This document shows positions 27,835-38,266 of a DNA stretch of 64,000 nucleotides, in pieces (position 1 is the stretch's first letter; each line of letters begins with the position of its first letter). The notes under the pieces are model-generated. The model was not told the DNA's origin and did not search any database. It saw only the letters and a program-made list of their open reading frames with translations. The translations under genes were made by a program, and so were the position numbers. The DNA is from Candidatus Woesebacteria bacterium (GTDB lineage Bacteria > Patescibacteriota > Microgenomatia > UBA1400 > UBA12028): the NCBI GenBank assembly GCA_040006915.1, contig JBDTWD010000001.1, forward strand, positions 98,229 to 162,228. The letters are read 5' to 3'.

Positions 27835-28266
27835 TTAGCGGTGAGAAAATTGTGAGAACCAGTGTCGGCAGATCTCAAACCAACGCACAAACACATGATG
27901 GAATCGATTGTCATCATCATGACGTGGCATAGGGGTTGGAACTGGAGTTGGTCTCGGGGTTGGTTTTGGTGTATGGGTTGGTCGTACTGTAGGTGTTGGC
28001 TTTGGAGTAGCCGTTGGTGTTGGGGTTGGAGTAACTACAGGCGTCGCTGTTGGGGTTGGTGTTGGAGTAACCACTGGTGTAGCTGTCGGAGTTGGGGTTG
28101 GACTTCCAATTGGTGAGGTAACTGGTGCGGTCACTGGAGCCGTGATTGGTCCAGAAACAGGTCCACCAGCTTGTACCTGGAACTGTACAGAGTTGAAGGT
28201 TTCAGAAGCTACAATGGCAGTGACTGCCAAACTTGTCACAATGAGAGCGATTCGAGTTTTTTGCAT
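27835..28266 (-). CDS. secreted Pro/Thr-rich repeat protein
   Basis: Signal peptide; tandem TPTPTPTATPVV repeats. Confidence 0.7.
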   Translation of the reverse strand: MQKTRIALIVTSLAVTAIVASETFNSVQFQVQAGGPVSGPITAPVTAPVTSPIGSPTPTPTATPVVTPTPTPTATPVVTPTPTPTATPKPTPTVRPTHTPKPTPRPTPVPTPMPRHDDDNRFHHVFVRWFEICRHWFSQFSHR

Positions 28267-28312
28267 AAGTTGCTATTATAACAATAACTATAGGCTTGTC
28301 AATCGAGGAGTT

Positions 28313-28630
28313 TTAGAGAAGAAATTCGTTTTCCAGTGCGCATGCTATTTCCTGCAGGTATTTTTGCTGTTCTGTCGGAGTTAAGACATTTTCTGGCTTC
28401 TGATAGAGAGCTGCATACAGTATATCGTACGCTGATACATATTGAAACGCTCGAGTATCTTTGCGAATCATGTTGGTTACCGCCCCAATCTGTTGTTCAT
28501 TCGGTACGCCTTTCATTGTTTGCACTTTGTCACGGACTTGGTCAAGTGCTCTCTTGACGAGAGGTGCTCCGTCTATTACCTGAAACTGTACCCAATCAGT
28601 CTCTCCAAAGCCAGGATTTTCTTTTTTCAT
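28313..28630 (-). CDS. hypothetical protein
   Basis: Start MKKENPG after TATAAT. Confidence 0.55.
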   Translation of the reverse strand: MKKENPGFGETDWVQFQVIDGAPLVKRALDQVRDKVQTMKGVPNEQQIGAVTNMIRKDTRAFQYVSAYDILYAALYQKPENVLTPTEQQKYLQEIACALENEFLL

Positions 28631-28637
28631 ATGGCGA

Positions 28638-29288
28638 TTATATCTTTTTCTCTTGTGGAGTGAAGAAGAGATTCGCACAAACCAAGCATACTGCCAAACT
28701 CCCCCCTCCGATGACATCTGTGGTCCAGTGCTTTCCCAGGACAATCAAGCCTGTAAGGAGTAGAAGAGTACCGATGGTAGCCAAACTTCCAAGTATCGAG
28801 AACAACAGTCGTTTTTTGTGAGTAACGAGCGCCGTTCCCAGAAGCATTGTGGTCAGAAATACAGTCCGATAGGTGTGGCCTGAAGGATAGCTGTATTCCA
28901 CTTGGACATGCATGGATGGAAATGGTAACCCTTTCGAAAGCCTCTGGAACATAAATGGAGGTGCAGGATGAGGTAGAATGGACTTTCCCATCAAGACAAA
29001 CACAAGACCAGCTCCATAGACCCCAAGTAGTAATAACTTTTGTCGTTTGCGCAGCGGTAGAAAGAGCAGAACAACGAGGAACAGTATTCCTTGGACCTCC
29101 ATACTGCCAAAGTCGACCAAAATCGCAACATTATCATCGAAACGTTTGGGAAATCTATCCTGAAGTTTGACCGTTGAGGTAAAATCAAGCGTAGTAAACA
29201 AATGTTTTTTCACTCCTGCTGTTACTGCTAGGAAAAGTAATCCAGAAGTAAGAGCACAAATGAGCAGAATTTTGGATCGTAAAGACAT
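28638..29288 (-). CDS. PAP2 family phosphatase
   Basis: SYPSGH; HWTTDVIGG. Confidence 0.8.
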   Translation of the reverse strand: MSLRSKILLICALTSGLLFLAVTAGVKKHLFTTLDFTSTVKLQDRFPKRFDDNVAILVDFGSMEVQGILFLVVLLFLPLRKRQKLLLLGVYGAGLVFVLMGKSILPHPAPPFMFQRLSKGLPFPSMHVQVEYSYPSGHTYRTVFLTTMLLGTALVTHKKRLLFSILGSLATIGTLLLLTGLIVLGKHWTTDVIGGGSLAVCLVCANLFFTPQEKKI

Positions 29289-29333
29289 GAAAGAGTATTG
29301 TATATCATTTTGGAGCGTGGCATGATAATCACT

Positions 29334-29831
29334 ATGAATAGCCGAGGAAACCTAAATATAGTGATCGCGGTGCTTTTAGGGGTGGTACTGGTCATGGGCG
29401 GGGGCTTGGTCTATATCTCTAATCGGATACCAAAAACACAAACCCAGTCCACAACTTCTCAAGATGCAACCCAAAGTGCTGATCTTGAATCAGATGCTTC
29501 ACCATCAGCTGCTCTAGTGGTGAAATATACAGGAGCGACGGCTTTAAGCGATGCTCAAAAAGATCAGATAGCTAAAAGAGTGGTAGCTCCGGTTAGGGAT
29601 TTTTACGCTTGGATAGGTGGAGAACATGTAGTGACCAAACTATCTATAGAGGCAACAAAGGAAAATACCTATTTTGCGACTGTAACTCATAGCGATGGTT
29701 CCGAAGAAGGATTTCTTTTAAACAAAGCAGATGATGGGTTTGGCTGGTGGTCACCTCCCTGTCAAACCAGTTGTGTGTTCTCTCCTGAATTTGCGACGAA
29801 ATATCCCTTGATCGTAAACCCCGGACCGTAA
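29334..29831 (+). CDS. hypothetical exported protein
   Basis: Pilin-like start SRGNLNIVIAVLL followed by a TM segment. Confidence 0.6.
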   Translation: MNSRGNLNIVIAVLLGVVLVMGGGLVYISNRIPKTQTQSTTSQDATQSADLESDASPSAALVVKYTGATALSDAQKDQIAKRVVAPVRDFYAWIGGEHVVTKLSIEATKENTYFATVTHSDGSEEGFLLNKADDGFGWWSPPCQTSCVFSPEFATKYPLIVNPGP

Positions 29832-29896
29832 TGTAACTGGTATACTGTACTTCTCTCCCGAAACGCCTTTTTTTGTAGACGATTTGTAGGATTCAT

Positions 29897-30394
29897 ATGA
29901 ACACAGCAACACTTTTTGATACAGTTTCTGATGCTATTACAGCCGCGATGGGTTCAACTCTTTCGATCTTGATTCACACCATATTGTTTGGAGCAATATT
30001 TGTTCTGGTTCTTCTCGGTATTTCCGTGGAAAAAATTATGTTGACCCTAACAACTGTAGTTTCTTTGGAAGCTATTTACTTGTCTCTTTTTATTCAACGA
30101 GCAGTTAACAAACAGTCAGCAAAACTTGAAACTGCAATTGATAAAATTGTGGCAAATGTCACGCAGAACTTGGAAAAGCCTTTGGATGAGGTAGTAGATG
30201 AGATTCGTCAGACTGTTAAAGAAACTCATGCAGCCGTGATTCGTGTTGTGGCTCAAGAATCGGATGAAGTGATCGAAAAAGTCCAAGCAACAATGGCTGC
30301 GGAATCCGATGATGTGGTGAGAGAGCTAACTGAGCATGTTACTGAAGAGACTGATGAGCTGGTTACCGAACTGCGAGAACAGAAGGAACATTAA
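29897..30394 (+). CDS. DUF1003-like membrane protein
   Basis: LTTVVSLEAIYLSLFIQ. Confidence 0.6.
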   Translation: MNTATLFDTVSDAITAAMGSTLSILIHTILFGAIFVLVLLGISVEKIMLTLTTVVSLEAIYLSLFIQRAVNKQSAKLETAIDKIVANVTQNLEKPLDEVVDEIRQTVKETHAAVIRVVAQESDEVIEKVQATMAAESDDVVRELTEHVTEETDELVTELREQKEH

Positions 30395-30900
30395 GATTCA
30401 AAAAATCTCTGTGCTGCTTGGAGAAATGTTAGATCTCTGGGAACAATGTATGATTTTCCCTCCTGATTTGTTGCTTGATTTTTTGATATGAGAGCAAGCG
30501 CTTCACTGTAAGGCATCCATATTTGTTTAAATCCTTCAGCTATTTCTTTGGGGGTAAAGTCTGGCTTTCCCTTTTTCCCTTTCACCTTGGCTACGTAACA
30601 ATATGATATTTGTTTTAGGGTAAAAAGTTTTCGGTATTCGATTATTGACCCAATCTCATCAAGTATTTCGACGGTGCAGCCAATTTCTTCCATACATTCA
30701 CGGTATAACGCGACTCTCCTGTCTTCCCCTGCTTCGATCCCTCCACCTGGGATTTTGTAATAGTTGTCACTCGCTACATATAGAAGCGCAATAAGTCCGT
30801 TGTCATCGATAACAACGGCTCGGGCAGTCTCGCGAACTGGGTATTCCTTAACGTCGCTTTCAGATACAGCCTCAGGATTAATCACTTCTAGTAATTTCAT
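30391..30900 (-). CDS. NUDIX hydrolase
   Basis: PGGGIEAGED..ALYRECMEEIG. Confidence 0.85.
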   Translation of the reverse strand: MKLLEVINPEAVSESDVKEYPVRETARAVVIDDNGLIALLYVASDNYYKIPGGGIEAGEDRRVALYRECMEEIGCTVEILDEIGSIIEYRKLFTLKQISYCYVAKVKGKKGKPDFTPKEIAEGFKQIWMPYSEALALISKNQATNQEGKSYIVPRDLTFLQAAQRFFES

Positions 30901-30975
30901 ACCGTGAGTCTATCACAAGGCGTTTCTTCGGATCTACATCTTTTGCTCATGCTCATTTTCGAGTATAAACACAGG

Positions 30976-32403
30976 ATGAGTCCTTTTTCTTTTTACCTTT
31001 TTGGTGTCACAGGGAATCTTGCCCAGATTAAAGTAATTCCGGCTCTCTATGATCTGTTTGAAAAGAAATTAATCCCCAAAGGCAGCCACATTATAGGCGT
31101 AGCCAGAAAAGAGATGACTCCAGATCAATTCCGTTCCTTTGTATGGGATATTTTACAGACTCCAAATCGCCACCATACACATCCGATTCGTGATGAAGTA
31201 TGGCAAGAGATGTGTGAACATCTCTCCTATCAAAGTGGTGATTTTTCCGATCCAAAACTCTACAGTACGATCAAAGCTTCTTTAGAAACTCATCAAATTC
31301 ATAATACAATTTTTTATCTCGCGACCTACCCACAACTCTACGAAAGTATCTTCACGAACTTAAAAACCGCCGGACTTACAAATCAAGACAAAGGCTTTAC
31401 TCGTTTGATGCTTGAAAAGCCTATTGGTATAGATTTGGCGTCTGCCAAAAGACTCAATGCCCAGGTCTCACAGTACTTTGAAGAATCACAGGTGTATCGA
31501 CTCGACCACTATTTAGGCAAAGAGACTCTACAAAATATATTAACCTTTCGCTTTGGTAATGGTCTTTTAGAACATTTGTTTAATCATGAATTTGTTGATC
31601 ATATTCAAATCACCGCTAGCGAAGATTATGGTATTGGTAGACGCGGAACCTATTTTGATAGTGTAGGAATGTTAAAAGATGTCGGGCAAAATCATAGTTT
31701 GCAGATGCTTACGACTGTGACCATGGATGCCCCTAAAGAATTTAGCAACGAAGCCGTCACCCGTGAACGAGTAAAGGTCTTAGAAAAGTTACTCTCTGAT
31801 CCAGAGCATGTCGTCTTTGGTCAGTACGAAGGCTACACGGGCGAAGAATTTGTTACCAAAGATTCATCCCAAGATACCTTCTTTGCCTTGCGCACCACAA
31901 TTGATAACGAGCGCTGGCAAGGTGTTCCTATTTATATTCGTGCCGGGAAACGATTGAATCAAACTTGTACTGAAATTTCTTTGGTCTTTAAAAATCCTAT
32001 TAACAGATTGTTCTCCCACTTAGATTCGGGAAATGAGCCTAATATTTTAACCTTTCGCATTCAACCGAATGAAGGAATTGTGTTTAAGTTTTTGTCCAAA
32101 GTGGCAGGACATGACTTGAAGTTAGAGCCACAATATATGCAGTTTTGTTACAAGTATCAAGGTACGGATATGCCTGATGCCTATGAGAATCTAATTTCAG
32201 ATGTAATTAAAGGGGACCAGACATTTTTTAATGATGCAGTTGAAGTGGAAGCGCAGTGGTCTTTTACCGACCCACTCTCCGCTATCCGCAACCGACCGAT
32301 AGCGTACGAACAAGGGTCGTGGGGTCCGCAAGCAGCGTTTGAGTTATTGCAGCAAGACGGCCGTGAGTGGCTTGAACCCAGTTTAGCTATGTGTGCAATC
32401 TAA
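30976..32403 (+). CDS. zwf: glucose-6-phosphate 1-dehydrogenase
   Basis: FGVTGNLA, EKPIG, YRLDHYLGKE, QNHSLQ, RAGKRL. Confidence 0.95.
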   Translation: MSPFSFYLFGVTGNLAQIKVIPALYDLFEKKLIPKGSHIIGVARKEMTPDQFRSFVWDILQTPNRHHTHPIRDEVWQEMCEHLSYQSGDFSDPKLYSTIKASLETHQIHNTIFYLATYPQLYESIFTNLKTAGLTNQDKGFTRLMLEKPIGIDLASAKRLNAQVSQYFEESQVYRLDHYLGKETLQNILTFRFGNGLLEHLFNHEFVDHIQITASEDYGIGRRGTYFDSVGMLKDVGQNHSLQMLTTVTMDAPKEFSNEAVTRERVKVLEKLLSDPEHVVFGQYEGYTGEEFVTKDSSQDTFFALRTTIDNERWQGVPIYIRAGKRLNQTCTEISLVFKNPINRLFSHLDSGNEPNILTFRIQPNEGIVFKFLSKVAGHDLKLEPQYMQFCYKYQGTDMPDAYENLISDVIKGDQTFFNDAVEVEAQWSFTDPLSAIRNRPIAYEQGSWGPQAAFELLQQDGREWLEPSLAMCAI

Positions 32404-32418
32404 GATTTATCTTCTTCT

Positions 32419-32751
32419 TTAAGAATGTTTTAGAGATATTGGACTTGTAATTTCAACTGGAATTTTGGGAATAAGAGAAGCAAACCATGTCATAGACTCT
32501 GAATGCGCTTTTTTAGGCCAAGTCACATTCTGAGAATCATATCCACCATGTTGACCAAGGAATGTCATTAATAGACGAAACGCACTTTCGACTGCGTCTT
32601 TGTGTCCATACAGTTCAATCCAAGACTGTGAAATATTTTCTGCTGTTCCATCACGTCTAATATGTACTCCGAGAGGGAAATCCAAAGTTATTGGTTTTGA
32701 GAAAGTGTTCTCAGTTTTAGCTACCCGAAGCTCGATTGATACTAACGACAT
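32419..32751 (-). CDS. hypothetical protein
   Basis: 110 aa with GGAGG SD. Confidence 0.5.
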   Translation of the reverse strand: MSLVSIELRVAKTENTFSKPITLDFPLGVHIRRDGTAENISQSWIELYGHKDAVESAFRLLMTFLGQHGGYDSQNVTWPKKAHSESMTWFASLIPKIPVEITSPISLKHS

Positions 32752-32763
32752 ATTCCACCTCCT

Positions 32764-33657
32764 CTATTTCGTACTGTGTCCCCCAAATTTACCTCGTTGT
32801 GCGGTAACCACTTTGTTACGAAAACTGTCGCCGTCATTCGCTGAATTCTTGCGAACATTCAAGGACTCTTCGATAATTGGGATGGGTATCCCTAATTCTT
32901 TGGCCGCGTTGACAGTCCATTCCCCTTCGCCGCTATGTGCAATGACTGGGCTGACACCGGTAAGCGTTGGGTTTTCGGCAAGAGCTTCTTGGGTCCAAGC
33001 TACCAGTCTTGATTCGATGACGCTTCTGGTATTGTAGATTCGGAATACTTCTGCCAAATCAAAATGGAAATCCGATTTTTCAAGCACTGCTGCGCCTTCA
33101 GCAATTGCTTCCATCATTCCATATTCAATTCCGTTATGGACCATCTTGGCAAAGTGCCCGGCACCAGTTGGTCCCACATGTGCATAGGCAAGAGGGGCCG
33201 CAATCGATTTTAAGAGTGACTCAACTTGTTTAAAATCGTTATCTTCACCGCCAACCATAAGACAAGCTCCGTTGCGTGCGCCGCCAGGACCTCCGGAAAC
33301 TGCCACGTCCATGAATCGGATTCCTTTTTCTTTGAACATATGTGCGCGTCGGAGAGTATCGGTATATAAACTGTTTGCTCCATCGATTACTAGGTCGCCC
33401 TCTGTAAGCAACGGAAGAAGCTCAGTAAGAAAATCATCGGTAACTTGTCCAGCGGGAAGCATAAGCCAAATAACGTGAGGAGTTGGAAGCTGGCTGATGA
33501 GGTGAGAAAGATCGACGGCTTTTTTTGCACCCGCAAGAACGACTTCTTCAACTGGTTCGGGTGATCGGTTCCAAGCAATCACATCAATATGTTGTTCGAG
33601 CAAACGGAACACCATGTTTTTACCCATTTTCCCTAATCCGATGTAGCCAATTGTCAT
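32764..33657 (-). CDS. gnd: 6-phosphogluconate dehydrogenase (decarboxylating, short type)
   Basis: IGLGKMG, VSGG, AGHFAKMVHNGIEYG, SGEGEWT, FGGH. Confidence 0.92.
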   Translation of the reverse strand: MTIGYIGLGKMGKNMVFRLLEQHIDVIAWNRSPEPVEEVVLAGAKKAVDLSHLISQLPTPHVIWLMLPAGQVTDDFLTELLPLLTEGDLVIDGANSLYTDTLRRAHMFKEKGIRFMDVAVSGGPGGARNGACLMVGGEDNDFKQVESLLKSIAAPLAYAHVGPTGAGHFAKMVHNGIEYGMMEAIAEGAAVLEKSDFHFDLAEVFRIYNTRSVIESRLVAWTQEALAENPTLTGVSPVIAHSGEGEWTVNAAKELGIPIPIIEESLNVRKNSANDGDSFRNKVVTAQRGKFGGHSTK

Positions 33658-33658
33658 A

Positions 33659-33955
33659 CTAGGATCTCCGTTCGGTATCAATTGTATTTTGTGCACGTTC
33701 CTGAATTATTTTTCTTCCTTCAGGCGTTAGACTATATGCATTCCTGGATAAGGAAATTGTTCCGTCCTCAATTAATTCTTGGAGATGAGTTGTGAGGTGT
33801 CTCTGAAATTTTGATGGGAGTAATGCTTTGATCTGCAGCAAAGTCCAGCTCTGTTGTTTATCGATTCCAGACAGCAATACATTGCGAATGAATTCGTCAT
33901 CAGCTTTATATTTTGCGTCGCTTCTTGTCTTCTCACGTTTCTCTTTATTTTCCAT
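33659..33955 (-). CDS. winged-helix hypothetical protein
   Basis: HLQELIEDG..YSLTPEG. Confidence 0.5.
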   Translation of the reverse strand: MENKEKREKTRSDAKYKADDEFIRNVLLSGIDKQQSWTLLQIKALLPSKFQRHLTTHLQELIEDGTISLSRNAYSLTPEGRKIIQERAQNTIDTERRS

Positions 33956-34059
33956 ATGTGTTTTATACCATACTTTATGGTGATCGAAATCACAGTAATC
34001 TGTAACAGATTTGTGTCACACTACTTGTAGTATTCTCTAGTATAGAGTGTAATAAATCT

Positions 34060-34971
34060 ATGGAAACTTCTTCTCCTGTTCCTCAATCAACTCCTTCAGA
34101 GACGAAACCAGAGTGTGGTGTAAATTGCAAAGACTGTTTAAAGGGAGGATTACCAATCAAACGTGAGTGGCTTTCCTTTATTACTTTGACTCTCTTTACC
34201 ATGTTAGTGATATTGTTTGTGTTTTTTGTACAAGCGAAGCGCGATCTTTCAAGTACTGGGCGTGATGATCGAGATGAATTGGCAAGTTCTCAAGCTGCAT
34301 CACCCTCTGCCTTTCCTGTATCCAATGCTCGCAGCTATCCGACAACGATTTCTCTACCTACAGTCAAAAATACAGGAACTCTTTCTGTGGAAAAAGCGAT
34401 TGCGACGCGCAGAAGTCGTCGTGAATTTTCAGATACTTCAGTGACACTCGCTGAACTCGGACAAATGCTCTGGAGCGGACAAGGAATTACTGATTCTGCG
34501 ACTGGAAAGCGCACTGCCCCCTCAGCTCGAGAGTCATACCCAATGACACTCTTTGTGGTGGTTAAGCGTGTGAGTGGTTTGGAACCTGGGTTATATGAAT
34601 ATATTCCCAAAACTCATGCCTTAGGAAAGATGGCTGCTACCGATTTGGATCCTGCCTTGAAAGAAGCCGGAGTGCAAGAAGGAGCACAGAAAGCTCCCGT
34701 TGTCTTTTTAATTAGCGCCAGCTTTGGAAATTATCAAGCCAAAACCAAGTCAGCGAATGTCACCGCAACATATATGGAAGCCGGCCACATCGGGCAGAAT
34801 ATGTATCTTGAGGCAGAATCATTAGATATGGCGATGGTGGTGATGGCAGGATTTGATAGCAGTAAAGTAACCCAGGCCTTGCAGATGGATGGTGCCGAAA
34901 CGATTGAATATGTCGTTCCCTTTGGTCACCGTGCTCCAGAACTTGTGGCTACCCCAGTGCCAAAAGAATAA
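34060..34971 (+). CDS. SagB/ThcOx-family nitroreductase-like protein, membrane anchored
   Basis: RRSRREF, RTAPSA, EAGHIGQNMYL; N-terminal TM. Confidence 0.85.
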   Translation: METSSPVPQSTPSETKPECGVNCKDCLKGGLPIKREWLSFITLTLFTMLVILFVFFVQAKRDLSSTGRDDRDELASSQAASPSAFPVSNARSYPTTISLPTVKNTGTLSVEKAIATRRSRREFSDTSVTLAELGQMLWSGQGITDSATGKRTAPSARESYPMTLFVVVKRVSGLEPGLYEYIPKTHALGKMAATDLDPALKEAGVQEGAQKAPVVFLISASFGNYQAKTKSANVTATYMEAGHIGQNMYLEAESLDMAMVVMAGFDSSKVTQALQMDGAETIEYVVPFGHRAPELVATPVPKE

Positions 34972-34973
34972 GT

Positions 34974-35636
34974 ATGAAACATAAAATTTTACTCATTGGC
35001 GTTTTTACGATTCTCACTGTATTTGCCTGTTCGCGTCTGGCCTTGGCTCAAGAAAAAGCCTTTACTCCACAAGAACTTGCTCAAAATGATGGGAAAGATG
35101 GACATGCAGCCTTCTTTGCGTATAAAGGAAAAGTCTACGATGTGAGTACTAGTTCATTCTGGAAATTAGGTGAACATTTCGGTTTGCATGCAGGAGTAGA
35201 TTTGACCGACAAGATGGCGGGTGCGCCGCATGGTGAAGAAGTATTATCTAAATTTCCTGTAGTGGGAACCTTTGGGAGTGTGACTTCGAGTCCGGCTCCT
35301 GCTGTAGATAGTATTCCTGAAAAGGCTCCTGCAGCCAGCAGTACAAAACATTGGTATGACGCCCCGATTCGGATTGCCGGGATCTCCATTATTGGTTGGA
35401 CCGGAATACTACTGGGAATTGTGTTTGTCTTAAACTTTGCAACTTGTTTTGCTCTGCCCTGGGGAAAGTTGCCGCTGCCATGGAAAGGTAAGCGGCCTGG
35501 ACCTGACGCTTTAGATGGCGCTCCTGTCCATTTAAACTTTGCGAGCATTCATAAATACTTTGCCTGGGCAACTGTCATCGTGGGAATCGTTCATGGAGTC
35601 TTGGGCCTACTGCAGCTGCTTGGATTCTATTTGTAA
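34974..35636 (+). CDS. cytochrome b5-like heme/steroid-binding membrane protein
   Basis: FTPQELA..DGK..GKVYDVS..HAGVDLT..APHG..FPVVG. Confidence 0.8.
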   Translation: MKHKILLIGVFTILTVFACSRLALAQEKAFTPQELAQNDGKDGHAAFFAYKGKVYDVSTSSFWKLGEHFGLHAGVDLTDKMAGAPHGEEVLSKFPVVGTFGSVTSSPAPAVDSIPEKAPAASSTKHWYDAPIRIAGISIIGWTGILLGIVFVLNFATCFALPWGKLPLPWKGKRPGPDALDGAPVHLNFASIHKYFAWATVIVGIVHGVLGLLQLLGFYL

Positions 35637-35692
35637 GGCATGCCAACTGATCCTTCGGTTTGTTATGAGTCATGACGAAGTGAGTTTTTCTT

Positions 35693-36115
35693 TTATTTCC
35701 AACTAACTAAAATTGCACCAATAACCACCAGAACTATCCCCGCCACTGATTTAGGAGAAAATTTTTCGCCTAATACCAGCCCCGAGAAAATAGCAATGAA
35801 GATTAAACTGGTTCGATCGATGACGCTCACTTTTCCTGCGTCTCCAGCTTTCAGAGCTGCAAAATAAAAAAGTAAGGAGGCAGCTCCGGCAATTGCCGAT
35901 AATACAATAAACGTCAGCTCCCTCCCCGTCAGAGCTTGTAATTTAGTGATGTCAATTTTTTGTAGTCCAATACTGACCCCGATCATCAAAACAGCCATGA
36001 TCACGGTACGTATGGTTGTCACCAGCGTAGAATCCAGTGTCTTGACGCCCAGTTTCGCAAAGATGGTAACGAGTGCCGCAGTGAGGGCTGAGAGAATCGC
36101 AAGTGGAAGCCACAT
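35693..36115 (-). CDS. EamA/DMT family transporter
   Basis: FAKLG..YFAALK.G..VIDRTS..LGEK. Confidence 0.85.
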   Translation of the reverse strand: MWLPLAILSALTAALVTIFAKLGVKTLDSTLVTTIRTVIMAVLMIGVSIGLQKIDITKLQALTGRELTFIVLSAIAGAASLLFYFAALKAGDAGKVSVIDRTSLIFIAIFSGLVLGEKFSPKSVAGIVLVVIGAILVSWK

Positions 36116-36118
36116 AGT

Positions 36119-36772
36119 TTACAGTGGCCGCATACCCAAGAGCTTGGGAAACGGCATTCCTTTCATGGTAACGATAAAACACAGACGTCGATCGCGTTTT
36201 GCGTAAATGTGTCCAGTATGTGGATCTTTAGTTTCGTTGTCATCCCACCAGCGTGACTCAAACCATTTGAGCGAAAAATATCGGTACTCTTCATTGAACG
36301 TATGGTACGGATCGACCATCACAATTTCATCGTTTTCTGGATCAATGGAAGAAATAATACTGTAGTGGCCAAAGTCTTGCTGCTCTGGATGACCGTTCGT
36401 ATCTTCGTATTCTTCCTGAATAGAATCATAAAAAAGGTTTTGCCATTCGACGGCCACGGGATACATGAACTGCTGTACCAAAGCGACGAGATCCTCAGTA
36501 CTGGTATATTCTTTGCACCACAACTGTGCTTGAGGGGCGATCACTTTTACCGCCGCAGCCAGCTGATCAGGCCTGGTACCATACTCTTCGATATATTCCT
36601 CGGCGTGGATAGCTTTATCGATATCAAGCTGAGAAACATCAATTCCAATATGGGTCATAACCATCTGGAGAACTGCAGGGCCACAATGCACGTCATCGAT
36701 TTGCTTTACTCGTCGCATCCTCGAGTACGGTTGCACGATTTGGCTACCCCATGCAGAGAAAGGATTGTCCAT
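36119..36772 (-). CDS. C39-like cysteine peptidase
   Basis: Q...HCGPA; GHYSI; VDP. Confidence 0.7.
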   Translation of the reverse strand: MDNPFSAWGSQIVQPYSRMRRVKQIDDVHCGPAVLQMVMTHIGIDVSQLDIDKAIHAEEYIEEYGTRPDQLAAAVKVIAPQAQLWCKEYTSTEDLVALVQQFMYPVAVEWQNLFYDSIQEEYEDTNGHPEQQDFGHYSIISSIDPENDEIVMVDPYHTFNEEYRYFSLKWFESRWWDDNETKDPHTGHIYAKRDRRLCFIVTMKGMPFPKLLGMRPL

Positions 36773-36836
36773 ACCTGCTCATTGTACCTCTTTCTCGCAA
36801 CTGGAAAGGTGGGAGTTGCTGTATACTATAGGATCT

Positions 36837-37187
36837 ATGGCTAAAGAAAAACAAATGAACTTGATTGAGTTCATGGAACGCGTTCCTGAACTCCACAACA
36901 AATCTCTAGAAGAAATCGCACGGTTATGCATTATGAGCCCACGACGTGTCAGTGACTTTATTGATTTTATTGGATCGCAGTATGTTTCTAAAGCTGAAAA
37001 AAAACTATGGCTCTATGTCTCTGCAGATGAATGGCAGAAAATCGTCGAATCAGAACGAAAAGTACGCGGTCTACATAGGATTGGCCTGGTTACAAGAATA
37101 GCTAATAGTGGTCGCAAATCACGCGGAGAGTATCCACCAGAGTCCTTTGATGACGATTCGTTGCACCAAGAAGAGGCTCTAGACTAA
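36837..37187 (+). CDS. hypothetical protein
   Basis: TATACT before ATG. Confidence 0.5.
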   Translation: MAKEKQMNLIEFMERVPELHNKSLEEIARLCIMSPRRVSDFIDFIGSQYVSKAEKKLWLYVSADEWQKIVESERKVRGLHRIGLVTRIANSGRKSRGEYPPESFDDDSLHQEEALD

Positions 37188-37192
37188 CCGGA

Positions 37193-38266
37193 TTACGGCA
37201 ATAGTTTTGCGTACTTACTCACCAAACTTGAAAGCACATCAGGAAATTTCATTCCGTGCATTGCTAACACTTCTGTGAATGGTAAACCAATATCAGGTCC
37301 AAAAGCCGTGTTGGGATTACAGTCGGTAAAGTAGACCGTATTGGTACTTTCCTCAATGCGTAAATCAAACTTCGCGTAATCTTTGAATTCACACGCTCTG
37401 AAGGCTCTCACCACTAGTTTGCTGACTTTACTCGCTAGTGGCTCCTCAACTTTCGTATATACGTATGCATCTTCATCGTTTGAATATGATTCAAGACTGG
37501 TAAACGAATGCTTGCCATCTGGCTTAAAGCGGAACTTCTTTTGTCCTAAGAAAACGTGTTTCCTTGTCCCATCATCAAACACACACGCAGTAATTTCTAA
37601 CCCATCGATAAATCGTTCGACAACGCATGGAATGTGATATGTAGAGATCATCTTATCTACTTTTTTCTGTGCGGCATCAACAGTTTCTTTGACTGCTTTA
37701 TTATCAATTCCAACACTGCCACCGCCCTCGTTGAGTTTCACAATTAGTGGGAGTCCGAGGGATTCATCGATTGAAGTTCCAGCGCGTCTGATGAATTGAA
37801 ATGCGGGAGTGGGAATATCATAGGCAAGCAACATACGCTTGGTAATATTACGAGAATTGCCAATAACCATTCCCTCTATTCCTGAACCAGTGTATGGAAT
37901 TTGTGCAAGTTCTAAGGCTGCAGGAACAGAAGGTTGGAGTTTGTCGCGGCCACGCAATGTATCTACCAAGTTTAAAACGACGTCGGGCTTATCTACCAAT
38001 AGGTTGGTGAAGAAATATTGATCACCCGGATACCCTTTGGCATTGATTCCTAACGATTGAAGCATATCGATCACTTCTTGGGCACGATCCTCCACTTCAA
38101 GTTCCGCAATATAAGACTCTTCAGTCGGAAACCATTCTCGTTCAACGTGACTATATGCAACAGCCACTAAACGCAACTTCTTTAGCGCATCTTTATCGAT
38201 CGCTAATTCTATTTTCGTCGGTTTTCTTTCTTCTGGTTTAATTTCTTGTTTGATATCTGCGGACAT
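37193..38266 (-). CDS. D-Ala-D-Ala ligase-like ATP-grasp enzyme
   Basis: IPYTGS, PLIVK..EGGSVGI, VERFIDGLE, YAKFDLR, DCNPN. Confidence 0.75.
   Translation of the reverse strand: MSADIKQEIKPEERKPTKIELAIDKDALKKLRLVAVAYSHVEREWFPTEESYIAELEVEDRAQEVIDMLQSLGINAKGYPGDQYFFTNLLVDKPDVVLNLVDTLRGRDKLQPSVPAALELAQIPYTGSGIEGMVIGNSRNITKRMLLAYDIPTPAFQFIRRAGTSIDESLGLPLIVKLNEGGGSVGIDNKAVKETVDAAQKKVDKMISTYHIPCVVERFIDGLEITACVFDDGTRKHVFLGQKKFRFKPDGKHSFTSLESYSNDEDAYVYTKVEEPLASKVSKLVVRAFRACEFKDYAKFDLRIEESTNTVYFTDCNPNTAFGPDIGLPFTEVLAMHGMKFPDVLSSLVSKYAKLLP

Noticed and set aside
27940-28145. DNA tandem repeat element
   Set aside because: Explained by the Pro/Thr linker of the encoded protein.
34060-34971. Thiazole/oxazole RiPP cluster from the SagB-like gene
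   Set aside because: No YcaO cyclodehydratase or precursor peptide nearby.
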